Below are positions 13,844-28,479 of a stretch of 64,000 nt of DNA, one piece after another. The stretch comes from the human T2T-CHM13v2.0 reference genome, Homo sapiens. Location of the stretch: the NCBI RefSeq assembly GCF_009914755.1, contig NC_060937.1. One strand, given 5' to 3'. Under the pieces are notes generated by a model. The model was not told the DNA's origin. It saw only the letters and a program-made list of their open reading frames with translations, and searched no databases. The stretch's first letter is position 1. Each line of letters starts with the position of its first letter. The position numbers and the translations under genes are program-made.

Positions 13844-14299
13844 TATAATTACAATTTTTAACTCTCTAACCTTGAGAGAGGAGGAGAGGAGAATGACTAT
13901 CAAATTTGTTTACAAATTGCAGGTAATAACCTTGTATTTGTTATTTCTAACTTATTTGCAAGTATGACTTAGCTTTTAGTTACCACACTTTGTCTCCCTG
14001 AGAAGCTTAAAGAGTTAGGAAAGCCCCCAACCCTGTTGTAACATCCTAAGTGAAATAAGGCAGTAAGGGGCAGGGCCCTGCTTCTGAAGTCAGGAGTGTT
14101 AGCTGCATGGAGGGCTGGGTGGGAACTGCGAAAACAGAGCCCTGGCCAAGGGTGGGACTACAAGGTGCACACCCTGCATCATTTAGAGAATGTTTAAGGC
14201 CATACCTCACATTGGTTTTTCCTGTAATAAGCTATTTGGTTAAGGCCCAGAATCACCCAAAGCCAGGTCTCAGAAGGTTCATTCATATTTCATTCATCA

Positions 14300-14674
14300 C
14301 TGTATGTCTTCATTTGCAAGGACTGCCATAACAAAATACCACAGACTGGAGGGCTTCAGCAACAGAAATTTATTTTCTCACAGTTCTAGAGGCTAAAAGT
14401 CTAAGATCAAAGTGTTGGCAGGGTTAATTTCTTCTGAGGTCTCTCTCTTTGGCTTGTAGATAGCTGTCTTTCCCCTGTGTCTTCTCTCCATGTGTGTGTC
14501 CATATGCTAATCTCCTCTTCTTATAAGGACACCTGTCATATTTGATTAGGGCCCACCCTAATGGCCTCATTTTAACTTAATTACCTCCTATCTCCTATAC
14601 AGTCACAATCTTTAGTACCAGGGGCTAGGACTTCAACATATGAATTTTGAGGAAACATAATTCAGCTTGTAGCA
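14300..14674 (-). mobile_element. MLT1B-like MaLR solo LTR
   Basis: ctgccataacaaaataccacagactgg…aacagaaatttattttctcacagttct…ttataaggacacc…ggacttcaacatatgaatttt. Confidence 0.9.
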
Positions 14675-14871
14675 ATCACCATCCATGTTTCTCCTGAGAT
14701 AGGCACTAATCACCTCTCCTGGGATCAGGGGTAGAAGATTAGGAGATTTATTAGTCATTGCTGTTACTTAACAACAGCAACAAAAATAATATTAGTTAAC
14801 TTATGTTGAACATTTACTGTTGGCCAGGCACTAGGATAAGGGCAATTAGCGAACTGATGATGTTTGACTCA

Positions 14872-15176
<305 letters not shown>

Positions 15177-15253
15177 GCCCATTACAACCTTCTTTGTCCA
15201 CTTCACCAACAAATCAACCTTTCTGTTTTTTAAAGGATTAGAATTAAGCTCAT

Positions 15254-15719
15254 TGTTGGGAGACAATTATCCATCCACGTGTCTCTTGTGTTTCTGCATA
15301 CGTCCTACAAGCAGAGGTGCTGACTGCCTTTTTTTCTGAACTATATTTTCAGAGATGTTTATTATGGACAACTGCCATGAAAGATAGACAAAATGTTTTC
15401 CTCAGGAGTAAACAGCTAGCATGATTACTGCTTATTATAAAAGATATGTGTTCCTGAACTCAGGGTTCCTCTTCTCTAATGCAGCCTACTGTATATGCTG
15501 ATTTTCCCTGGCCTTCCATGTATTGCCCTATGATTGGGGCTCTAGAAACAGTTGCAAGAAAATGCTTATACTTTGGCTGCTGCTATTGCTGTTAGTAAGA
15601 AAGTCGTTTGTCTCTGACCCAGAAGTCTCATGTCTTCTGCAGCATCCATGAAACTATAGCAGTTTAACTTGTTAGTTTGCAAGTAGGGCAAAATGTAAGA
15701 CCCTTCATGGTTCTTGGTA
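15254..15719 (+). mobile_element. LTR47-like (ERVL) solo LTR
   Basis: tgttggggagacaatt…tctctgacccagaagtctc…catccatgaaact…gcaagtagggcaaaat; 5-bp TSD ctcat/cccat. Confidence 0.8.
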
Positions 15720-18079
15720 CCCATTTAATCTGTCCATGTGAGTAGATTAGGGATAAGCAGGGTAAATTCTTTCCTCTGAATGGTTGAAATGATCAGTCCA
15801 GTTGACGGAACAGAGGATTCCTGTCCGCATATGAAGGAAATAAGGCTAGATCAAGGGAGACGTGAGCCAGATGTAGAGAAGCTGGATTCCCTGCTGAAAG
15901 GTTGGATAGATGTGATAATTAATAGGGAGATGTGGAATGATGCAGAGGAGGGTGAGGGTGCACAGGATAATGAGTCAGGAAGATAAACAGCTGTATTATT
16001 TAAGGTGGATTGGAGAGGGAAAAGTTCAAAGTACAGGAAGAATGGTTAGAAGAGATTTGTCTTGGCACAAGGCGATAAGCAATTGAACTAGAAAGATGAA
16101 AAGAAAAGAAATGGAGGCAAAAGAATTAATGTTTATAGAGTTCCTGAGTTCATACTCTGACCAGGAAGCTAAGATAGATGGTTGTTTGATTGACTAGAAG
16201 TGGGGGTTGCCCTGTTATAAGCAATGTAGGGGGGACTGAGGCAGTGGGTGCTCAGGCAGGAGAGGCTGGCAGGAGTAGGGTGTGGTACAGGCTGCATATA
16301 ACTTTCTGCCCTCTTGTGGGAACCTAAAGCGATTGAAATCTCTCACTGTGAAATCATGGAGAGAAGAAAATCCTAAGTGGCCTAGATGGTAGACTGAGGC
16401 AACCCAGGGAGAGTAGACATGCAACTATCAAACGTGCTATGAGGTACTATCAGTGCTGCAACCCAGGAGGTCTTACAGTTCTCATAGAATTATACACTCT
16501 CTCCTTTCATTCCACCTTTTATTTAGTTTAGTCCAAGGCTGCTCAGGTCCTCTCCAGGTAATTCTGTTCATAGCACAGCTCTTTTGCCTATCAGTTGGTC
16601 CTAATCCCTATAGATAAATGTTATATATCCATTGCCCTTTGCATTGGGGTTCAGATCAGAGCTTGCGTCCCTGTGGGATCAATGGACACTGATTCTATAG
16701 TATTTTGGAGAACACCTCTATTGGAATCCACAGAGAATTAGAGAGAAGAGGATCTGGAGAGCCAGATAGGGAGAAAAGGTTTGAGGATGACACCAAACTT
16801 TCTCATGTGTCTGACAAGATTGTGTTAGTGGCAGAAATATGGAATTTGGAATAAATGTCAGTTTTAGGGGAAGGAGATGGTAGGATTTAGGATGTCAAAT
16901 ATTTCTTTTCTACACTCTTTCCCTGGTAGTACTTTCTTACCTCCCATATTGTCTTCATTATCAAAACTTCTTATTCTCATCCTGTGCTTGTAAAATGGCC
17001 AGTAGTAGTGCCAAAGAATGAACAACAATCTGAGTCATGTTTTAGCTTTTCAAACTGTCGGAAGCACTTTCAGTTCATGCAGTTGTGCTACAATCAACAG
17101 CAACAAAGAGAAAGTGATAAAATGCTATTGCAGATCTCAGAAATTACACGTTATAAATAGTGGATGGGGAACAAAAGATCCAGATTACAGAGAGAAAATA
17201 ATTTTAAAACGGTTTATTTTAAGATGAGTTGTTTCTGGAGTGTTTAACAATAAATACAATTAATGAAAAAAATGAACTATCACCATCTCTGATGTTTTTC
17301 ACTTTTTGCAATTATCTAAAACTTCTGCAGACAATGATGCCCACACAAATATAAAGATCTACACTTTCAGACATGATCTTGTCAAAAAGCCATTTGACAT
17401 CAGGAGTTTATCTCTCTTGGCTGAATGGAAGGAAAGCTGGCACTTAAAATAGAGAGCACAGCTCAGTCAAATGCCTTGCAGACAGTTTCTCCCCTTGATC
17501 AGTTAGCTCACCAGAGCTCTTTGTTGAGTTTACTAGGCTTTAAATTCAGTTTTCTAATCAGCACATAGAAAGATTTATAACACAGCATCCCCCAAACCAC
17601 AATAATTTCAAATCTGAGGAGATTTATCCCTAGTCCTTTACATTGAAATGTGATTTTCTTCTTAAAGGGACCCTCATATTTCTGATTTTATAGTTGCTCT
17701 TTTCAAAGAGGAGGCTTAAATTATTTTGTTTCCATGTTAATTTAGGGAGTTATAGCTTCTAGCGTCTGCATTTAACAGATTGAAAGGTGTAAGCCAATAG
17801 TGTTCATATTTATTTTACCAAAGACCTCATTTGCAGAAATTAACTAAAAGGGACTCATGACCACTACAGAATTATCTGAGCAGTAATGTATATTATTATA
17901 AGTGTAACTAAGATAAAAATTTGAAACTATGAAAGTTAAGTAAAAAAGCAACTAGAGAACTGAAGCTGAGTTTATGGCTTAAAACTAAGGAGGCCAGGGG
18001 CAAGGGAGAGACCTGGAGAAAACCTAGAACTTCTTGCTTCTGCTGACCAGTGAGAGGAGCACATAGAAGGGTAGCTTCT

Positions 18080-21000
18080 GATTTTTTAAAAAAATATATT
18101 AATAAACTTTCAGAGCAGTTTTTAGTTTACAGGAAAATTGAGTAGAAAGTGCAGAGAGTTCTCATATACCTTCTCATGCCCCTCCCAGTTTTTCCTATTA
18201 TTAACATCTTGCATTAGTGTGTGAACATTTGTTACAATTGGTGAGCCAATATTGATATATTATTATTAACTAAGGTCTCTACCTTAGGGCCCACTCATTG
18301 TCTTGTACATTCTATGGGTTATTGTCAAATGCATAATGACATGTACCCATCAGTATCATACAGAATCGTTTCACTGTCCTAAAACTTTTCTGCGCTCCAC
18401 TTATCATCCCTCCCTCCTCAATGTCCACTCAACCCCCTGGCAACCACTGATTCTTTTTGCTATGTCTATAGTTTTTCCTTTTCCAGAATGTCATATAGTT
18501 AGAATCACATAGTATGTAGCCTTTTCAGACTAGCTTCTTTCACTTAGCAATATACATTTAAGATTCTTCTATGTCTTTTCATGGCTTAATAGCTTATTTC
18601 TTTTTAGTGCTGAATAATATTCCATTGTACAGATGAACCATGGTTTGTTTATCCATTCACCATTAAAAGACAACTTTGTTGCTTTCAAATTTGGGCAATT
18701 ATGAATAGGATGTTGTAAACATTTGTGTGTAAGTTTTTATGTGAACATAAGTTTTCAGCACATTTGGGTAAATACCAAGGAACACAATTGCTGAATTGAA
18801 TGGTAAACGTATCTTTAGTTTTGTAAGAAACTGCCGAACTGTTTCCAGAATGGCTGTACCACTTTGCATTTTCATAACCAATAAATGAGAGCTCCAGGTG
18901 TTCCACATCCCTGCTAGCATTTGGTGTGGTCATTGTTTTGGATGTTAGCCATTCTAATAAGGTGTAGTAGTATCTCATTGTTAGTTTAATTTGCAATTCC
19001 CTAATGACATACCATGTTGAATATCTCTTTATATAATTATTTGCCATTTGTATATCTTTTCCGGTGAGATGTCTGTTCAGATTGTTGGCCCATTTCAAAA
19101 CTGAGTTGTTTGTCTTCTTATTGTTGCATTTTTAGAGTTCTTTGTATATTTTGGATGCCAGTCTTTTATTAGATACATGTTTTGCAAATATTTTCTTCTA
19201 GTCTGTGGCTTGCCTTTTTATTCTCTTATGAGTGCCTTTTATAGAGCACTGATTTTCTGCCTACTGGATCTATCCATTTCTGATAGAGTGTTGAAGTTCC
19301 AACTAAAATAGTTGATTTGTGTATTTCTACTTGCAGTTCTACCAGTTTTTAACTCATGTGTTTTGACAGTCTGTTGTCAGAAAATTTTAGTTTTAATGAA
19401 GTCCAAACTATCAGTTTTTTCTTTCATGTATTATGCCTTTGATGTTATACCTAAAATGATCACCAACCTCAGTTCACCTAGATTTTCTCCTTTGTGCTCA
19501 ACCAGGAGTTTTATACTTTTGCATTTAACATTTAGGTCTATGATTCATTTTGAGTTAATTTTTATGAAAGGTGTAAGTCTAACTTCATTTTTTTTTTGCA
19601 TGTCGATGTCCAGTTGCTTCAGCATCATGTGTTGAAAAGACTATCTTTTCTCCACCAAATTTCCTTTGTTAAACATGAGAGGTGCAAGAGCACATGCTTG
19701 TCTTGTTCCTAATCTTAGCAGGAAAGCACCTAATTTCTCACCATTGAGTATGACGTCTTTTCAAAAGTTGAAGCAGGCTTGCACACCTGGAATAAATCCC
19801 ACTTGATTTATTGTGTTGTGATTGTGTTGTAAAATTGTGATTGTGGTTGTATAATTTCTTTTCATGCATTGTTGGATTGATTTGCTAATATTTTCTTGCT
19901 AATTTCTGCATCTATATTCATGAGAGATATTGGTCCATAGTTTTCTTTTCTTGTATTGTCTTTGTTAGGGTAATGCTAGCTTCATAATGAGTTAAGCAGT
20001 ATTGCCTCTGATTCTATTTTCTGGAAGGGATGGTAGAGAACTGATATCGTATCTTTCTTAAATGTTTGGTAGAATTCACTAAGATACAAATGGGTCTGAT
20101 GTTTTCTGTTTTGGAAGCTCATTAATTATTGATTCTACTTCTTTAATAGAAGAAGATTTGACTTCTTTAATAGAAGTATTCAAATTGTCTATTTCCCTTC
20201 TTGTGAATTTTGGTAGATTGTATCTTTCAAGGAATTGGTTCATTACATCTAGGTTTTCAAGTTTGTGGGCATACAGTTGCTCACGATATTCCTTTATTAT
20301 TCTTTTCATGTCCATAGAATCAGTATTTATGGCCCTTATTTCATTTATGATGATATTAATTTGTGTCTTCTCTTTTGTTCTTAGCTAATCAGGTTAGACT
20401 TTTACAATTTTATTGATCTTTTCAAAGAACCAACTTTTAGTTTTGTTGATTTTCTCTGTTGATTTCCTACATTCTATTTCATTGATTTCTGCTCTAATTT
20501 TCATTGTTTCTTTTTTTTTTCTAATTCTTTCTAATTGGCAAGTTAAGTCAATTTGCTCTTCTTTTTCTAGTTTCATAAGGTAGAAATTTAGGTAATTGAT
20601 TTCAGATCTCTATTCTTTTCTAATATATGCATTCACTGCTATGATTTTCTCTCTATGCACTGCTTTCACTGCATCCAACAAATTTTGATAAGTTGTATTT
20701 TCATTTTTATTTTGTTTAAAATATTTTTAAACTTCTCTTGAGTTTTCTTTTTTGACCTATGTATTCTTTACAAGCTATTTAATCTCCAAATACTCAGAAG
20801 ATTTTCAGCTATCTTTTTGTTATTGATTTGTAGATGAGTTATATTGTGATCTATAGCATATGCTATATGATTTGTATTATTTTAAATGTGTTAAGATGTG
20901 TTTTATGGCCCAGAATGGGCTCTATCTTGATGAATGTTCCTTATGACCTTAAAAAGAATGTGTGTTCTGCCATTATTGAATCAAGTGTTCTGTAAATGTC

Positions 21001-22020
21001 CATTAGATCCAGTTGATTGATGGTGCTATTGAGCACAACTATGTCCTTATTCATTTTCTGTCTACGGGATCTGCCTATTTCTGATAGAGAGTGTTGAAGT
21101 TTCCAACTAAAATAGTTGATTTGTCTGTTTCTAATGCAGTTCTGTCCATTTTTCACTCGTGTTTTGACACGCTGTTGTTAGGCACATACACATTGAGGAT
21201 TATTATGTGTTCTTGGAGAACTGACCCCTTTATCATTATGCAATTTGCAATTCCCATATTGATTCCTGATAATTTCCTTGTTCTGAAGTCTGCTTTTCCT
21301 AAAATTAATATACTACTCCAGCTTTCTTTTGATTATTGTTATCATGATTTATCTTTCTTCATCTCTTTACTTTTACCCTATATATGTTTTTATATGTAAA
21401 GTGGATTTCTTAGACAAAATATAGTTGGTCTTGCCTTTTTATGCACTGTGACAGTCTCTTTTAATTGGTATACTTGAGACCACTGATGTTTAAAGTGGCT
21501 ATTGATATAGCTGGATTTATATCTACTCTATTTGTTACTGTTTGCGATTCATTGCCCTTGGGCTTTCTTTTCCTTTTTTCTTTTGTCTGCTTATTTGTAT
21601 TTCATTCTTTTTCTGTCAATTTTGGTTTTACCTGGGAATTTTATATGACTCAATTTTCTCTAGCTTTTTAGATCAGTTGAGAATAATAAAAATAAAAATA
21701 ATTATTTTACCTTCATTTATGCCTTCTGTAATGTTCTTCCTTTTTTTACGTATACCCAAGTTTCTTGCATATATAATTTTCCTTCACTCTATAGAACTTC
21801 TTTTAACATTTCTTGCAAGGCAGGTCTACTTGCAACAAATTCTCTCAAGTTTTGCTTATCTGAGCAAAGCATTTTTTCTCCTTCACTTTTGAAGGATAAT
21901 TTTTCGGGATATAGAATTCTAGGTTGGTGGGGTTTTTTTTCTTTAAATACTTTAAATATCTTATTCCACTCTCTTTCTTCCTTGCATGGTTTCTGAAGAG
22001 AAGTCTGATATATATATATA

Positions 22021-22051
<31 letters not shown>

Positions 22052-23275
22052 TGAGAAAGGGTCTCACTCTGTTGCCTAGCCTGGATCATGGCTCACTGTA
22101 GCCTCAATCTCCTGGGCTTTTTCACTTTTTGAAAAAGTGAATCTCCCACCTCAATCTCTTCAGTAGCTGGGACTACAGGCACGTACCACCATGCCTGGCT
22201 AATTTTTGTATTTTTAGTAGAGATTGGGTTTCACCATGTTGGCCAGGCTGGTCTCGAACTCCTGACCTCTGGTGATCCTCCCACCTCAGCCTCCCAATGT
22301 GCTGGGATTATGACAGGCATGAGCCACCTCACTTGGCCTGATATAATTTTTATCATTGCTCCTCTACAGGTAAGATCTTTCCCCCACTTTGGCTTTTTTC
22401 AAAATTTTCTCTGTGTCTCTAGTTATCTACAGCTTGAATATGACATGCCTCTCTATGGACTATTTGGTATTTATCTTTCTTGGTGTTCTCTAAGATTCCT
22501 GGATCTGTGGTTTTATTTTTGTTATACATTTTGGAAAACTTTGGCCATTATTGCTTCAAACATTTCCTGTGGTCTTTTCTCTTACTTTTTTTCTGGTATT
22601 ATCATTACATTTATGTTATATCTCCTATAATTGTCTTACAATTCTTGAATATTCTGCTCTATCTTTTTCACTTTTTTTCTTGTTGCATTTCAGTTTTGGA
22701 AGTTTCTATTGACCTTCCTTCAAACTCATAGATTCTTTGCTTCACAATGTTCAGTCTACTGATGGAACAATCAGAGGCATTTTTTTATTTTTGTTAAGGG
22801 CAGGCCTTGTTTAGAACAGAATGATCTGGGTATATTTTAAAGTGGCTACTTTCCTCCACCCCCTGCCAGAAGCACAGGGGAATTTTTCTCTAATCTTCTC
22901 TATTAGAAACTGATAGGACTTCTGGAAGTAAAACTCATCATAACATATGTCCCTCTTAGGACTGGGCCCCCTGAAGTTTTTTACTGTCAATCTTATCCAC
23001 ACTGATCATCTAGCGATTCATCAATTACAGGTTAAATTTTCCTGGTGGTTTTGATTCCAGGGCTTCTGCCCAAGAAAGTTGTGATTCTCTCTATCAACTT
23101 GTCACATCAATTTTGGAGTGATAGACATCAATTTTGGGGTGCACTGTGACTTCAGTTTCCCAAGGGATTTAAGAAGAGTTGTTGATTTTCAGTTTGCTCA
23201 ACTTTTATTGTTGTGGTGAAGACTGGAGTCACAACTTCCAAGTTTCTTACATGCTGGACTACAAACTAGAAGTTC
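18080..23275 (-). mobile_element. Large L1MC-type LINE-1 remnant (3'UTR, ORF2, ORF1, part of 5' region)
   Basis: 3' end gagcagtttttagtttacaggaaaattgagtagaaag; minus-strand ORFs 18685-19098, 20079-20315, 20394-20576 and 21789-22067 resemble L1 ORF2/ORF1. Confidence 0.92.
22021..22339 (-). mobile_element. AluJb-like inserted in L1MC
   Basis: Poly-T followed by gagaaagggtctcactctg…; TSD tgatata on both sides. Confidence 0.93.
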
Positions 23276-23931
23276 AATCATCCATTTATTTTTGCAAAAG
23301 CACCTTTTCAAAGGTCATCTGAAGCTAGTCATTGCATGAAGATACATTAATGTCCCAAACTGGTTAATAACTTATAAATACTCTAAACCAAGATTTAAAA
23401 ATATTTGTTTCACATTTTCATTTTTGTAGATGGCAGCAATGAGGAATGCTTTATTTTTTCCCTTTTAAGAGTGTTTTCTTAATGAGTAACAGTGGAAACA
23501 ATTTACATTTGGCTAGGTATGTAAAGAGACCTGAGTTAACTGGCACCATACTTCTAACTTATCCCAAGAATGGTTTAGCATCCCTTATATGTTGTAAAAC
23601 AAAATAAGATTATGTCATTGTCTTGTTTTTGTTGCTGTATTTAAACCTCCAATTTCTTAACATGCCCATGAGGCTCTCTATTACCTTGCTCACCTCTATT
23701 TCTTACCTACACCTTATCTAGTTTTACTTGCTTCTTTTCCCACTCTGCTCCAATCCAAGCTCATTCTCAATTTAGGGTCTTTGCACTTATCACCTCTGCC
23801 TGCAGTACTCATGCTTCAGATTTTTCATGACTGGTGCCTTCTCATAACTTATGTCTCAAGTCAACAGTCACCCCCTGAGGGAAAGCTTCCCTGTCTATCC
23901 TATCTGAAATACTCAGCATCAACATTGCTCT

Positions 23932-24302
<371 letters not shown>

Positions 24303-24624
24303 TCATAACACTATTGAGATTGTTCATTTGTTAATATCCTTGCTAATTTTCTGCCTTGCCAATATACTGCAAAAACCATGAGCAGCCTGAACAGTCTTCC
24401 TTTTAATCCAACTCTACAACCACCCTTGGTGGATTTTTCTGCCCAGACATGGGCTCCAGAAGGAGATAGAGAATACCAAACTTACTCAACCCTACCCTTT
24501 CCTACAAAACTTTTTCCATTGTCCAGTGGGGCTAAATCAGGAGCAGGTACGTTGAATACTGAATTAAAGAATATGCCTCCCCCCAGGGAAGATCAGATGG
24601 CTGAACACTGTGAAGTCACATAAC

Positions 24625-25445
24625 TGCTTTCCAAATATCTATCCTCCTTTCTTCTATGCCGAGATAACTGCTTTGTGCAGGGAGATAATATGTACATCGA
24701 GAAAGAATGAATCATGACTTGACTAAGACCAGTGGGACAATCCTATTTTCCATTTCTTCAGCCTCCTATGCAACCAAAGATGACCATGTGACATAGTTCT
24801 GATTTTTAAAAAGTGTGCAGAAGTTCGTTAGTGTTCCTAGGATAGTGTTTGCATTCTGTTTAGATGGAAAATACCCAGATACCAGTTTTTTCTTCCTATG
24901 CCCCTTTGTCTGCCTTGTTGGAGCTGCAGCAACTCTTTAATATCAAAGAGGTAACAAAAGCAGGCAAACTGAGAGTGATGGAGAGATAGATAGAAAGATT
25001 CTGGGTCTCTGTCCCACCTCCATATTTGTTATATTATACAGATGCTCCTCAATTTATGGTGGGGTTACATACTAATAAACTCATCAAAAGTTGAAAACAT
25101 CATAAGTCAAAAATGCATTTAATATACCTAATATACCAAACATCAGCTCTTAGCCTAGCCTACCTTAGACATGTTCAGAACACTAACATTAGCTTATGCT
25201 TGGGCAAAACCATCTAACACAAAGCCTATTGTATAATAAAGTGTTGAATATCTCCTGTAATGTATTGAATACTGTACCAAAGTGAAAAATAGAATAGTTG
25301 TATAGGTATTCAAAGTATAGTTACTACTGAATGTACATTGCTCTCACACCATCATCAAGTCAAACACTCCATCGCAAGTCAGAGACTACCTGTACAGGTA
25401 AGGCATTCTCTTACTTGCAGCTCCATATATTTATAACTGATGGTG
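24625..25445 (+). mobile_element. Old MLT1 (J-like) LTR hosting MER47A
   Basis: gaccatgtgacatagttct…, ending ttacttgcagc…ataactgat. Confidence 0.55.
25039..25392 (+). mobile_element. MER47A Tigger DNA transposon
   Basis: TA-cagatgctcctc…ttagcctagcctacctt…ctg-TA. Confidence 0.92.
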
Positions 25446-26507
25446 TATGATTATTGTAAACAAGGGTGCTATAAGTTATGTGTAACCCATAAAATGGGGA
25501 AAATGAGTGAATGGAGCAGATAGAGCAATGATGGGTTTGGACTCAATCATCTCAGACTACAAAGTGGGTGACCCTCACTATGCAGTGGTAAGACATTTGA
25601 CCAAACTGTCACCTGCCGACTGTTTGCCAACCAAAATTAAAGTGTTAGGGAAAATGTTAGGAAAAATGGAAGGCAAATGAAGACTCTGAAGAATGGTATG
25701 TAGCACTTTCTTTGATTCTTCAAGTCACTTACCCAATTTATTCTGATTGAATGGGTGCATGAAGCATACATAAAATTACATAAACTGCAAATTAATTATT
25801 ATCAGATAAGAAAGAACTATTTTCTATGTAATCCTAAAGTTTAACTTAGAAGTCAGCTTATAAAGTAAGAAATTGCCTTGAGGGATGGCTTAGATTAGTA
25901 AATTAGTGTGTTCAGTGTTAACTAAGAAAGTAATTGCTCATCTGATGGTTGGTACCCAATAAGCATATTGATGATAAGTCACTACCAAGGTTGAACAGGC
26001 AAAGATATTAATTAACTTTAGTGGTTTATCAGCGTTTTAGAAAAGTAATTATAGGGAGAGAGTAATTTTTTTTAGTGTTCCGAGATTTTGAATGTGGCAA
26101 AAGATCCCATTTGTTTCACTTGCCTGCTTCTTTGTCACAAGACACCCCTCAAAAATGTAATATGTATACTGGCCCCCACTCTGATGTAATACATGTTAGT
26201 ATTCATCACATTTACTTCAGATCTAATTTTTTTAAAGAAGCACTTTACAATGGACAAAGTTGAAATCCCATGTTCTTGTCTGTGAAATGAGGATGATAAT
26301 AATAGTACCTGTATTATAAGTAACTATGCGGGTGAATGAAATGAGACAATCCATTGACCATATTTAGAACAGGGACTAGCAAATAAGAAGCACTCAAAAA
26401 AATGGTAACAGCTTCCTTGTCCTCCTCTTCCTCTTCCTTCTCTTTCCTTGTCTTTCCCTCCCTTTCCAGAAGTTATCAGTATTCTGAAGTTGGTCTGTAC
26501 TCTTATC

Positions 26508-26700
26508 ATATATATGTGTGTATGTGTGCATATACACACATATATACATGCCATATATAAGCCATTTATATTAATTTTAAAAAGAAAAATCCCTATTTTA
26601 TATATGGTATAATACACTATATATGGTATATACACACTAGTGTATATACTCCCTATATAGATATATATACATATATCATATTTTAACACCATATATATTA
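26508..26700. repeat. (TA/TG/CA)-rich low-complexity tract
   Basis: Degenerate tatatg/tataca runs. Confidence 0.8.
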
Positions 26701-26799
26701 TTGTTTTTCTCTTTTAAAAGTTAATATAAGTAGTTCTACACTGCCCAGACCATTCTGCAACATGGGCAACATGCCAGCCAGTGTTAGTTTTCAACATGT

Positions 26800-27530
26800 C
26801 TCTATTAACACATATAGCTCCAATTATTCATTTAGACTATGCTATATATTTTTTCCATTGTATAATTCTAACTTTATTCGTACATTCCCCTATTGATGGA
26901 CAGTTAGGTTACATAAAGCTCTTCTGTTGTGAAAGGCACTACAGAAATGTCCTTGAGTATGTTTCTTTCTCCAAAGATGTGAGAGTTTCTCTTGGAGTAA
27001 TTCGAAATAGTTCTGGGTCATAGGCATGTGTGAATATTTTTAACTTTAACTAATGATGCCAAAATGTATTTTGTTGTGGTTGTACTCGTGATGAAGGTTT
27101 CTATTTCTCTACCCACACTTAGTAAAGTCATACACTTTAAATTTCACCAGCCTAAATGGAGTGAGATGGCATTTGCATTTTCCTGATTACTAGTAAAGCT
27201 GTATATCTTTCCTTATGTATTGGCTATAATAAGTATTTCTTTTTCTGTGAAGTGCTTGCTTGTTTCTTTATTTATTTTTCTTTTGAGTTGTTCATCTTTT
27301 AAATTGATACTTGAGATGAATTATTTGTTGCTTAGGAACATTGTAAAAATCTTCTAACCTGTGGGTTTGGCTTTTTACATTTTTTTATATCTCTGTCATA
27401 CAACAGTTTTTCAAATGAAGTCAAAACTGTCAATCTTTTCCTTCATAGTTTGCATTTTATGTCTTAAGACATCACTCTTGCCCTAGATGTCATATTTTCT
27501 TTGATGTTACTCTAATTCTTTTTTAGTTTG
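26800..27530 (-). mobile_element. Old L1ME-type 3' fragment
   Basis: cattcccctattgatggacagttagg…tttgcattttcctgattact…aatgaagtcaaaa. Confidence 0.7.
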
Positions 27531-28339
27531 GTTTGTCGGCCTTGCTCAGTCTGCATGTCTGACCTGCTACTGAGGATTGTTTTGCTCTCTGTAGCACCAG
27601 CCTCAGAATGTACAGTTCATCTAGGAATTTTCTCAAGAGAGGTAGAGATGATAGCTTTCATGTAGACCAATCTTCTCTCTCCACTGGTAGTGTAGTATGC
27701 GCTAGGAGACTCTCAGCAATGTGAGGCAGTGCTTGGTGATGGGTGACCTCAGTGACTCACAGCATAAGATTGGAGAAATGGGGTGTAGAACACAGCAGAG
27801 GAGGATTGCAAGCTTCCTCCCAGAAGGGCTGCAGAACGTATCCGTGAATAAATAAAAAACAAATGCCTAGAGGCTCACCAGCCTCAGAGGAAATTGGATA
27901 TAAAACCTCAAACCAAAAGGTCAACACAATCAGAACTCAGCGAATTTTTCTATTTCTAACTGGTTGCTCTTAACCAAGATTATTTCAGTCTGTCTACCTT
28001 CTCCGTGTATTTGAACAAATCTCTTACATGGGCACTTCTTACACTACACAGGGTTAAAAGGCTGCTATGCTCTTTTTTTCTCATCTGTGTGGAAATTCTC
28101 TTTCTTTTGTTCTCTCTTTCTTTTTTAATGGAGCAGTGATTTGAGTCACAGGACAGGAGAAAGGTCAGAGGCAGCCATCAGGAATGTCAGGGAAAGAAAA
28201 AATTCTGAACCAAAGTTGCTCACAATTGCATATTTTTAATTTCAGTACATGTTGCAGAAAGAATATTTTTCCTAAACAGCTTTAACAATTTTATCTGACC
28301 TGTACCCATCCTAGCTGTTAGCTGAGCAGAAATTCTTAC

Positions 28340-28479
28340 CCATTTCAGAGCGGAACTGAAATACCTTGGTCAGGGATTGGGCCTTTTCTGGACAGGAAGT
28401 AGTAACTTGAGTGCTGCAGAGCCCGCTGATCACAGAAACAAGATCTTGGTGATGTGGTGCCAAGCGGATCATACAAAAC
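28340..28479 (-). other. Candidate 140-nt internal exon in unique sequence (host unknown, possibly lncRNA)
   Basis: Minus strand: acceptor attctccattctcAG, donor TGG|gtaaga; one frame open throughout (FCMIRLAPHHQDLVSVISGLCSTQVTTSCPEKAQSLTKVFQFRSEM). Confidence 0.3.
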
